This document shows positions 25,878 to 33,860 of a stretch of 41,281 bases of DNA, in pieces; position 1 is the first letter of the stretch; each line of letters starts with the position of its first letter. Position numbers and translations under genes: made by a program. The DNA is from Actinomyces sp. (GTDB lineage Bacteria > Actinomycetota > Acidimicrobiia > Acidimicrobiales > Aldehydirespiratoraceae), in contig RFFY01000191.1 in the NCBI GenBank assembly GCA_003697065.1, positions 1 to 41,281 of the forward strand, given 5' to 3'. The notes beneath the pieces are model-generated. The model had not been told where the DNA came from, searched no databases, and worked only from the letters and a program-made list of their open reading frames with translations.

Positions 25878-26087
25878 TCATCCGGCGGGCTGCTCGGGTG
25901 TTGGGATGCTGTCGGCGTTGTTCTTGGCTGCCGTGTAGATGATGCCCAGCACAACGATCGCCGCCCCGACGAGCAGGAAGGTGATCACCGCGACCTCGGT
26001 GGTGGTGAGGCCCCGTTCGTCCCGGGAATTGATGCCGAGCCGGGCGCAGCAGTAGGCGATCAGGAAACGGGGGTCGATGATGTGCAT
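25878..26087 (-). CDS. flp: Flp-family prepilin
   Basis: AAGGAGAAG lies 7 nt before the ATG. RDERG/LTTTEVAVITFLLVGAAIVVLGII is a G/xxxxE(V/Y) Flp processing motif followed by a hydrophobic helix. The protein is 69 aa. Confidence 0.8.
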   Translation of the reverse strand: MHIIDPRFLIAYCCARLGINSRDERGLTTTEVAVITFLLVGAAIVVLGIIYTAAKNNADSIPTPEQPAG

Positions 26088-26117
26088 GACTTCTCCTTTG
26101 TGGTGTGGGTCTGGTCT

Positions 26118-27029
26118 TCAGGGCTGGGGCCCGCTGACCGTGGTGATCTGGATGACGGCCGGGTAGGCGATAAAGACGAGGAAACCGAACAGCAGAACCG
26201 CCACGGGAACGGTCATGCGCTCGGTGGCCGCTTCGGCGGCGGCCTCGGTCTCTGCGATCTGATGGCCGCGCAGCGTGTCTGCCTTGGCGGCGAGCGAGGC
26301 GCGGATGCGGGCGCCGTGCGAGCCCGCGAGGGAGACGCTGGCAGCCAGCACGGCCAGCTCGTGGATGCCCAAGCGGTCGTCCAGCTGGGCGAAGGTGTCC
26401 CACGGGGACTGGCCGGTCAGCCGGGCTCGGCGCAGCTCGGCGCGAATGGTCCGATACCCCCAACCGTCACCGGCCTCGGCGGCGGCGTGCAGGGCGGTCT
26501 CGATTCCTGCCCCACCGGCCAAGAGAACGTTGACCAGGTCCAGGTAGGACGACAACGTGTGACGAAAGGCCCGGCGACGTTTGTCGGCTTCGTCGCGGAG
26601 CACCAGGTCGGGTAGGACGAATCCGCCCCCCGCGGTAGCCAGCGAGAGCGCCGCCACCCCGCCGAGGGGCAGCGCAAGCCCGGCCGAGACCATTCCGGCC
26701 GCGGCCAGGTTCGGGATCAGCAGACCAGCGGATGCGCCAAGGAGCTTGTCGAAGGCGTGCCGTTCGGGAGTGCGACCGACGAGTTCGAGCTCTTGGCGGT
26801 AACGGTTGGGATCAGCGCCGAGAGCTTCGACGATACGGCGGACCATCGGCCCCGCCCGAGCGGTCAGTGATGCCCGAGCCGAACTGCTTGAGATCACCGG
26901 CACGCCGGGCCGGGCGAGCCGCCCCAAGACCTCGTCGAGATCCGGAGGACGGGGGGCGACGGCGCGCCAGCAGAGCAGCAGGCCTGTAGCCGCGCCCGCC
27001 CCTAGCACGGCCATCACGACGAGGGTCAT
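26118..27029 (-). CDS. tadC: TadC-like inner-membrane platform protein (T2SS F family)
   Basis: The protein has TM helices at both ends and a cytoplasmic helical domain. Its position after TadB and the ATGA overlap at 27026-27029 fit this call. Confidence 0.75.
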   Translation of the reverse strand: MTLVVMAVLGAGAATGLLLCWRAVAPRPPDLDEVLGRLARPGVPVISSSSARASLTARAGPMVRRIVEALGADPNRYRQELELVGRTPERHAFDKLLGASAGLLIPNLAAAGMVSAGLALPLGGVAALSLATAGGGFVLPDLVLRDEADKRRRAFRHTLSSYLDLVNVLLAGGAGIETALHAAAEAGDGWGYRTIRAELRRARLTGQSPWDTFAQLDDRLGIHELAVLAASVSLAGSHGARIRASLAAKADTLRGHQIAETEAAAEAATERMTVPVAVLLFGFLVFIAYPAVIQITTVSGPQP

Positions 27030-27916
27030 CGGTCCTGCTCCACGGTGGAGGGTCCGCCGGCGCGGGCGGTGAACCGCTCGGGCTGTTCGATCTCAGCCAT
27101 TCGTGTGAGCAGCCAGCCGCCGGCAGTGAAAATTCCGATGACCACAGCCAGGACAAGCTGCCCGCCCGGGCTGTCGTAGACCTCGAGGTAGCTGCGATTG
27201 ACTACGGCCAGGAACAGAACCGCTGCTACGACGACTCCGACAATGACCTTGGTTGCTGTCCTCACTCGGGTGCGGCCCACCTCCACCCGGATCCGCATCC
27301 GGGCCTCGCCCCGTGTGGCGTCCGCCAGCCGGCACAGCAGGCTGGACAGGTCGGCGGCTTCCATGCGGGAGGCGATCACCAGCGCGGCCACCACCAGGTC
27401 CCCGGAGGGGTGATCGAGGTCCTCGCCGAAGGCGACCAGCGCGTCAGACAGCCGGTGGTGATCGAGGCGGCGGACCAGGGTATGGACCTCGGCTGCGATG
27501 GGCTTCGGGGCGACCGGGGCGGTCGCGGCGACGGCCTCCTCGAGGCCGGAGGCTGCGGCGATCGAGTCGCGGATCATCTCAGTCCAGGATGCGATCGCCT
27601 CAGTGCGGTCGATGACACGTTGGCGTGCCGCCTTGCCACCCAGGAGCCGGGGTAGCACGACGGTGGCCGCCGCCGCGCCGACGCCGCCGACCACCCAGCC
27701 GGTCACCGCCACGGCGAGCAGGGCGGCCGCCAGTGCGGCGGCCGCCCGGGGCAGCAGGGAGCTGCGGGTTACGCGTTCGACGGCTCGCGACGGCTGGTCG
27801 AAGAGCTGCCGGCCGGTCAGCCCCGCCACCGCGAGCAGCAGCCCCAAGCCGGAGGTAGCCGCGAAACCGGCGAAGACCGCGGTACTCACCTCCACCACCC
27901 CTGGGCGGTAGCGCAC
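27026..27916 (-). CDS. tadB: TadB-like inner-membrane platform protein (T2SS F family)
   Basis: The architecture matches TadC. The start is uncertain: in-frame GTGs lie at 27916, 27898, 27895 and 27889, and 27889 would give a GTGA overlap with the cpaF stop. Confidence 0.7.
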   Translation of the reverse strand: MRYRPGVVEVSTAVFAGFAATSGLGLLLAVAGLTGRQLFDQPSRAVERVTRSSLLPRAAAALAAALLAVAVTGWVVGGVGAAAATVVLPRLLGGKAARQRVIDRTEAIASWTEMIRDSIAAASGLEEAVAATAPVAPKPIAAEVHTLVRRLDHHRLSDALVAFGEDLDHPSGDLVVAALVIASRMEAADLSSLLCRLADATRGEARMRIRVEVGRTRVRTATKVIVGVVVAAVLFLAVVNRSYLEVYDSPGGQLVLAVVIGIFTAGGWLLTRMAEIEQPERFTARAGGPSTVEQDR

Positions 27917-29238
27917 AGCGCGCTATCGAAGCCGTGCGCCTCGATTGCGGCGGCGAACTCGGGCGTGGGCGGAGCAGCCGGCACACCGGCGCCGGTGTGA
28001 TCCGGACGCCACAGTTCGTTGGAGACCACGTGGCCGCCCTCGACCGTCCCGGTCACTTGGCGGACACTCGTAATGCGACGGATCCCCCGAACCCAACCGA
28101 GGTGCACGATCAGATCGACGGCGTTGGCAACCAGGAGGTTTGTCACCTCGGGTACGAGTCGCTCGGGCGTCATGGCCGCGTACATGGCAAGCCGGCCGAA
28201 GACCCCCTTGGAGGAGTCGGCGTGGATCGAGCACATCGATCCGTCGTTGCCCTGGCTCATGGCCAACAGCATCGGGAGGACTTCCGCGCCGCGGACCTCG
28301 CCGACGATGACCCGCTGGGGGTCCATGCGTAACGCCGAGCGGACAAGTGCCGCGAGTGTGAACGCGCCGACCCCTTCGGTGTTGGCCTCCCGGGCCTCGA
28401 GGGTTTCGTGGTCAGGATGCAGGTGCTCGAACCGCTCCAGGCCGATCTCGAGGGAGTCCTCGATGGTGATGAGTCGCTCGTCCGGGGGGATCTCGTTGAT
28501 CAGGCAGCGCAGCGTGGTGGTCTTGCCGGTACCGGTGCCGCCGGCGACGATGATGTTGGCCCGGGCCTGTACCGCCGCGGACATGAAGCTGGCCAGGAGT
28601 TCGTCGCACACGCCGAGGTCGACGAGCTGGTACAGCCGGTGGATGTCGAAGTCGTGTCGGCGGATGGTGACCGTCGGCCGACCCGAGACGGCCATCAAGG
28701 CGTGGAGCCGGTCACCGTTGGGAAGCTGCAGGTTGAGTTCGGGGTGGGCGTGGTCCCAGCGGCGTTCGCTCCGGCCAAGTCGGCGGGCCGCGGTGGCGAT
28801 CAGCTCGATGAGCTCGTCGTCGGAGTCGGCGACCGCCGGTCCCCGAACCTTGGTGCCGTCCCGCAAGTTGAGCCAGACCCGGTGTGCCCCGGAGATGTGG
28901 ATGTCCCGGATCTGCGGATCGTCAAGGAGGGGCTGGAGACGGGCCAGGCCGTGGAGCCGGTCCAGGACTGCCGCGGCGACGCGGGCTTCTGCTTGTTCGT
29001 CGAGGGGCTCACGGCCGTCGGTGTAGGCCCGGGCGGCGAGGCGTCGGAGCTCGTCGGCGATCAGTTTTCGGGCCAGCGCACGCTCGTCGGCTGGGGTCAG
29101 ACGGCCGCGCCCCGCTTGTTCGTGGGCAACGTGAGCCGAGGTGAGCGCCTCACCGACGCTGCGGTGAAGGCTGTTGATCAGTTCGGGGTCGAGGCCGTCC
29201 CCGTTCCAGGTCCCGGGGGGCGCCGTCGCCTGGCTCAT
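27886..29238 (-). CDS. cpaF: CpaF/TadA secretion ATPase
   Basis: Walker A is [35 protein letters not shown] and the His box MCSIHA are also present. Confidence 0.9.
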   Translation of the reverse strand: MSQATAPPGTWNGDGLDPELINSLHRSVGEALTSAHVAHEQAGRGRLTPADERALARKLIADELRRLAARAYTDGREPLDEQAEARVAAAVLDRLHGLARLQPLLDDPQIRDIHISGAHRVWLNLRDGTKVRGPAVADSDDELIELIATAARRLGRSERRWDHAHPELNLQLPNGDRLHALMAVSGRPTVTIRRHDFDIHRLYQLVDLGVCDELLASFMSAAVQARANIIVAGGTGTGKTTTLRCLINEIPPDERLITIEDSLEIGLERFEHLHPDHETLEAREANTEGVGAFTLAALVRSALRMDPQRVIVGEVRGAEVLPMLLAMSQGNDGSMCSIHADSSKGVFGRLAMYAAMTPERLVPEVTNLLVANAVDLIVHLGWVRGIRRITSVRQVTGTVEGGHVVSNELWRPDHTGAGVPAAPPTPEFAAAIEAHGFDSALCATAQGWWR

Positions 29239-29939
29239 GATCCGAGCTCCTCGAGCGTGCGGTCACCATGGACCGCGCGGGCAAGGGCGAGAGCTCCGCG
29301 TGCCAGTCGCGACCGCCGCAGGCGACCGGCCGGAGCGCCGCCATGACACAGCGCTTCAGCGACGGGCCGATCCTCCGGCAGCGACCCGATGATCGGGACC
29401 TCCATGGTCCGTTCGATGTCGGCGGCTCGGTACGGGCCGTCTCCGGCGAGCACGATTCCCAGCACCCCACGGACGGTTGGGCGCAGGACCGGCAGCAGGT
29501 GGGTCAGTGCGACCAACTGTTCGGCGACGGGTCGAACAACCAGGCCGAGCACATCAGACGCCGTGACTATCGGGCGCGGCATGCGCACCCGGCCGGCGTC
29601 GACGACGGCAACACCGTCGGCAGCAAGCAACCTTCGGGTGATCCGCTCGCCGGCGGTCCGCCACAGTGCCGCGCTCGCTGCCGGTGCGTCCGGGCCCACC
29701 ATCACGGCAACCCCGCCGGCCTCCTGGGCGTGCGGCCGCCAATCCTCGCCGGTCTCGGCAGCCGCGGCCGCGAACGTGATGAGACCCGGCTCGCGGCCCA
29801 GGCCGTAGCGGACCGCGAGCACCCCGCCGTCGAGGTCGCCTTCCACGACGACCGCTCCCTCTATCGCCGCGCCAAGCAGCACCGCGGCGGTCGTGACCCC
29901 GGGAGAGCCACGCACCGAGGCCAAGGTCAGGATCCTCAT
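29235..29939 (-). CDS. TadZ/CpaE-like ParA/MinD-fold protein with a degenerate P-loop
   Basis: MRILTLASVRGSPGVTTAAVLLG stands in place of KGGxGKTT. The gene lies between the SAF-domain gene and cpaF, with ATGA overlaps at both ends. Confidence 0.65.
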   Translation of the reverse strand: MRILTLASVRGSPGVTTAAVLLGAAIEGAVVVEGDLDGGVLAVRYGLGREPGLITFAAAAAETGEDWRPHAQEAGGVAVMVGPDAPAASAALWRTAGERITRRLLAADGVAVVDAGRVRMPRPIVTASDVLGLVVRPVAEQLVALTHLLPVLRPTVRGVLGIVLAGDGPYRAADIERTMEVPIIGSLPEDRPVAEALCHGGAPAGRLRRSRLARGALALARAVHGDRTLEELGS

Positions 29940-30601
29940 GGCGCCACCAGCACCAACCGCAGGCCTGTCACACCAGCGGAAGCGGCGACCACCTCGGCGT
30001 CAGCCCGGGCGGCCAGGATCGACACCAACAGCCGGTCGCCGGTCAACTCCTCGACCGCGAACACCGTGGCATCACGAGCAAGCACGCGGGGAGCCGCGTC
30101 GAGGTCAGCCGCCTCGGCGGCACGAACCACGTTGACCCTGTCACCGGGAGCGAGCCCGCGAGCCGGATAGGCGCCGGGGTCGAGGGCGAGACCGACCACC
30201 CCGTCGCTGGCACGGACCGTGACCGGTTCGGCTACCAACGACGGGGTCATCAGCGTGCCTTCGGCCAAGTCCACCAAGGCCACCCGGCCCACCAGCTGGC
30301 TGGCCTCGGAGGGGTCGAGGCGGACGAGCGCGCCGTCGTCGGACACGTACACCGTCCGCAGGTCCCCGGGCTCAACGACCTGACCGCGCTGGAGGTGCGA
30401 TGCCGCGGCCAAGGCGGGCACCTTCTGGACAGCGCTGAGATGCCACAGGACGGCGCCCAACGCGAACAGGACCGTGACCAGCAACCCGACCATCAGCTCG
30501 GGGACACGTACCCGCCGCGCGGCAGGCCGCACCTCGAGCCCAGCGCGCCGCCGGTGCCCGTTGGAGGTCGTCGCTGGCGAGGTTGAGGTCGACGTCGCCA
30601 T
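29936..30601 (-). CDS. cpaB: CpaB/RcpC-like Flp pilus assembly protein (SAF domain)
   Basis: An N-terminal TM anchor is followed by HLQRGQVVEPGDLRTV (SAF-like) and GDRVNVV. Confidence 0.7.
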   Translation of the reverse strand: MATSTSTSPATTSNGHRRRAGLEVRPAARRVRVPELMVGLLVTVLFALGAVLWHLSAVQKVPALAAASHLQRGQVVEPGDLRTVYVSDDGALVRLDPSEASQLVGRVALVDLAEGTLMTPSLVAEPVTVRASDGVVGLALDPGAYPARGLAPGDRVNVVRAAEAADLDAAPRVLARDATVFAVEELTGDRLLVSILAARADAEVVAASAGVTGLRLVLVAP

Positions 30602-30607
30602 GGGATC

Positions 30608-31438
30608 TCAAGCTCCTCTCGTCCCGATCGCCTGAATCTCCCCGACCTCCACGTCCCGGAACGAGGTGCGCGAAATCGGCGGGAGGCTGCCGCCCGCACC
30701 CGGTGCGTTGGAGGTCCACGAGATCTCCAGGGTGACCGTCGGCTGCAGCCGGAAGGTTCCCTGCGGGGTTGTCGCCGACGACCGCCGGTAGGTGTGAGTG
30801 CAGTCGCTGGCACCCTCGGGCATGCCCGGACGCCACGCCGTTCCCGGACCACGACAATCCACACGGTCGCCGTCGCCGGTGTCCCATGTAGTTGCCACTG
30901 GGGTGGCCCGCACGGTCGACCACACTCGACCCGCTCGGGCCGTTGCCTCATAGGGTCGCCACCAGCCCTGCTCCACCCAGAGCCAGGTGGGCACACCCAC
31001 GTAGAGCCGCCCATTCTCCGACGGGCTGGTGTGGAAGGTCGGGCCGTCGATGCCCACCGACGCCAACGCGTCGACCGCCAGCTGCGACGGGTCCACCGCC
31101 TCGCCCTCGGGCACCAGGGCGAAGCCGTTGATGGGGACGATCCCCTGATCGGGGCACCAGTACTCCAGCCAGCGACCGGTCTCGGAGTGCAGCCTGGTGA
31201 AGTCGACGTCGTAGATCGCGAACTCGAAATCGTCACCGATCACCACGCGCCAACGGCACTGATCCTCGCCCGTGCCGGCCGCGGGGACCTCGCGGACCTC
31301 CACGTCTTTGGCGACCGCGGTCGGGTCGCCGTCGTTGTCCACGAACGCGTCCGCACCGTCGTCAGCCCACACCGACGGTGCGGCGCCCGAGATCACAACG
31401 GTGACGACCAGCGCGGCGATCAGCGGGCGCCGGCGCAT
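30608..31438 (-). CDS. Secreted protein of unknown function in the Tad operon
   Basis: ATG 31438 begins the signal peptide MRRRPLIAALVVTVVISGAAPSVWA/DD. No family was recognised. Confidence 0.6.
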   Translation of the reverse strand: MRRRPLIAALVVTVVISGAAPSVWADDGADAFVDNDGDPTAVAKDVEVREVPAAGTGEDQCRWRVVIGDDFEFAIYDVDFTRLHSETGRWLEYWCPDQGIVPINGFALVPEGEAVDPSQLAVDALASVGIDGPTFHTSPSENGRLYVGVPTWLWVEQGWWRPYEATARAGRVWSTVRATPVATTWDTGDGDRVDCRGPGTAWRPGMPEGASDCTHTYRRSSATTPQGTFRLQPTVTLEISWTSNAPGAGGSLPPISRTSFRDVEVGEIQAIGTRGA

Positions 31439-32061
31439 CCCGCTACCCCTTCCCATTCCTGGACGACGCTCGCCCGCTGCAGCTTCCACAGGCCGTCGAC
31501 CTTGACCATCACGGCCAGGACGTTGCGGGTCACGACCGAGTCGTCGACCACCTCGCCGGTGGCCACCCGGTAGACGACGCCGTCGTTGACGAAGCAGTCC
31601 TGCAGTTCGGCGCGGTCACCGCTTCGGGACACAACGGTCACGATGTGCTCGGTCCGGGAAGGCTCAGCAGCCCGTAGCGCCAACCCTTCCTCGCGCCGCC
31701 GGCGGGTCTCGGCGATGACCGTCTGGAGCTGTTCGCCGGTGGCGAACTCTGCCAGCGCGGGGTCGTCCGGATCAGGCGTGCCGCTGTTGGCGGCAAGACG
31801 AGCGTCCCAGAACCCGAGGTACCGGGCGACGATCTCTTCCTCTGCCGGGACCGCTGTGGTGCTGGTCGCCGGCGAGGTCGTCTCGGGCCCTGTGCCCGAC
31901 GTAGCACCGGACGTTGACGGGACCGAGGAGGTGGTGGTGGGCGTCGGCGTCGCCGAGTCGCTTCCCGCGCAGGATGCCGCCAGCAGGCCGAGCCCAGCCA
32001 CGACTACCGCGAGACATAGTCCCCGTCGTGTTGCGGGTCCGGAAGCGTCGCACCTGGCCAC
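31420..32061 (-). CDS. Lipoprotein of unknown function, first gene of the Tad operon
   Basis: GTG 32061 lies 7 nt after GAGGAGG. The lipobox LLAASC is followed by a T/S/P-rich linker and a globular domain of about 130 aa. Confidence 0.65.
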   Translation of the reverse strand: MARCDASGPATRRGLCLAVVVAGLGLLAASCAGSDSATPTPTTTSSVPSTSGATSGTGPETTSPATSTTAVPAEEEIVARYLGFWDARLAANSGTPDPDDPALAEFATGEQLQTVIAETRRRREEGLALRAAEPSRTEHIVTVVSRSGDRAELQDCFVNDGVVYRVATGEVVDDSVVTRNVLAVMVKVDGLWKLQRASVVQEWEGVAGCAGAR

Positions 32062-32303
32062 GATCTCGCCTCCTCGTCCGGGACGGCCCTTTCCGCTGAC
32101 GCCAGCGTGGCTGCTGGGCGGGTCGACCGCTGTGTCACCGCCGAGGCGGCCGCGCGGGCCTGAGGAGAGGTGGTCCGTCCCGTGACGGTCAGACGGACGA
32201 GACCGGACACCTACGTGTCGGTGCCAGTCGCAACGATACCGAAGAATGGCGCCTTCTGCTCGGGAGCGACATTCGTTAGACACCGGTCGAACCGGTCGGA
32301 GGT

Positions 32304-32984
32304 TCAGCTTGCCCACGCGACCTGGCGGAGGCGGGCCTCTGCTCGCCACCGGCGATGCCAGAGCACCTTGACCGGCAGGTGCTGTTCGGCGGCCAGATCG
32401 GACATGGACTCGCCCCAGGCACGGCTGCGAACGACGGTGTCAAGCGCAGCTTCGGACACACCGTGTCGGCGGCCGGCTTCGAGCAGGTCCGACAGGTAGG
32501 CGCGGGTGACGATCAGGTTCTCCGGGGACGGCACCTGGGGATCACCGGCGACGGTGAGGTCGACCGTGTCTGGGTGGTGGTGCTGACGGTTGTAGCGCTT
32601 GCGGACATCGAGCAGGACGTTCCCGGCGATCGAGCCGGGACGCTGCGCCGGGTAGGTGCGGATGCGTTCCCACGCGAGGCTGATCAGCTCGTCGGCGGCG
32701 TTGGCATCACGGCCGATGCTGTTCGCGAGGTTGCAGAGCCCACCCAGGATCGCCTGGAGCAGTGTGCGGGCCGCCATGGTGTCGACTGGCGCGAGCTCGG
32801 CGAGCACGCGGCGAACCTGGGGGCCGGTCGCTGGGTCGTGGCCCAGATCGAGGAGATCGTTGAGGTCACGGGCCGGCCCCAGCAGCGGACGGGTGGCCTT
32901 CCACCGCATGACCGCTCGCCGGGCAGCGGGCGAGCCGGCGAGATGAGCCCACTCGTGGTTCAAGACGCTGAGAATGTGTGCCAT
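32304..32984 (-). CDS. Sigma-70-like / HTH regulator
   Basis: ATG 32984 lies 7 nt after AGGAGGG. ELISLAWERIRTYP is region-2-like. ESMSDLAAEQHLPVKVLWHRRWRAEARLR is a region-4-like HTH. Confidence 0.5.
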   Translation of the reverse strand: MAHILSVLNHEWAHLAGSPAARRAVMRWKATRPLLGPARDLNDLLDLGHDPATGPQVRRVLAELAPVDTMAARTLLQAILGGLCNLANSIGRDANAADELISLAWERIRTYPAQRPGSIAGNVLLDVRKRYNRQHHHPDTVDLTVAGDPQVPSPENLIVTRAYLSDLLEAGRRHGVSEAALDTVVRSRAWGESMSDLAAEQHLPVKVLWHRRWRAEARLRQVAWAS

Positions 32985-33196
32985 GGGAACCCTCCTGGTG
33001 TCGTTTGGCACCAGCAGGGTCCGGGGCGCGCCTCCCGCCGAACGTCCCGTCGGACCTCCCGTTTCGGCACCTTGTTGGCAGTTCGTGCCGCTGATCACCC
33101 CGACGGTGTCCCGGCACACCTCCCATTCGGCCCACCTGACAGCTCCGGTGGGCGCCACGGCGCGCGCTCGAGGCCGACCCGAGGGCCTACCGGGGC

Positions 33197-33721
33197 ATGG
33201 AACGAGATGACCTGTTGTGGTTCACTCCGGTCGACCATCCGGACCCGCGGGTCCAGCGTGTGGGCTTCGATCTGGACGACCCCTACGTGGAGCAGTGCTG
33301 GTCTGCGGTGATCGGGCCGAGCTCGGTGCTGTTGCTGCGTCGACTACCGGTGCTGTGGGTTGCCGAGGTCCCCGCCCGCATCGCCGCCAGCGAGCTGTCC
33401 CAGTCGATCGGATTGGGTGCCGGCGTCGGTGAGCGGAGCCGGCTCGCCAACACGCTGGACCGGGTGGTCCGGTTCGGTCTGGCCCGACCTGCCACCGACA
33501 GCACCGGGCTCGACGTGTACCGGCAGGTGCCTCCCCTGAGCCCCCGCCAGGTCCAGCGCAGCTCAACCTGGACCCGAACCACCCACGAGCGGCTCTTCGC
33601 CGCCCACCTCCAGGACCTGGCCGGGCGGGGCGACCTTGCAGGCACGGTGGCGTCCCTGCGCGCCCGGATGGACCGCCTCGAGAACACCCGGGCCCGGTCC
33701 CTGGGAACCCTCGGCCGATGA
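33197..33721 (+). CDS. Hypothetical DNA-binding protein upstream of the relaxase (possible relaxosome accessory factor)
   Basis: IAASELSQSIGLG...SRLANTLDRVVRFGLA looks like a winged helix. The position directly upstream of the relaxase supports the accessory-factor idea, which rests on position only. Confidence 0.45.
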   Translation: MERDDLLWFTPVDHPDPRVQRVGFDLDDPYVEQCWSAVIGPSSVLLLRRLPVLWVAEVPARIAASELSQSIGLGAGVGERSRLANTLDRVVRFGLARPATDSTGLDVYRQVPPLSPRQVQRSSTWTRTTHERLFAAHLQDLAGRGDLAGTVASLRARMDRLENTRARSLGTLGR

Positions 33722-33811
33722 CCCCGACGCACCAACGGGAGGCTTCGGCGCACCGGGTCGTCGGCACCGGCGCGGTCGGCGCGGAACGGCAGGTCCGGCG
33801 CGCACACACTT

Positions 33812-33836
33812 GCAGGTTCCCCTCCGGGGAACCTGC
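33812..33836. promoter_or_regulatory. Perfect hairpin GCAGGTTCCCC-TCC-GGGGAACCTGC: candidate oriT inverted repeat, or alternatively a terminator
   Basis: The 11-bp arms and 3-nt loop lie 91 nt after the 33721 stop and 25 nt before the relaxase GTG at 33861. Confidence 0.45.
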
Positions 33837-33860
33837 CCGGCCTCCCGCGGACGCACAGCC

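Noticed and set aside
33636-33860. Upstream start of the relaxase ORF at 33636
   Set aside because: It would overlap the end of the 33197-33721 gene and translate the perfect hairpin. The extension is R/G/P-rich, and the relaxase family N-terminal pattern begins at GTG 33861.
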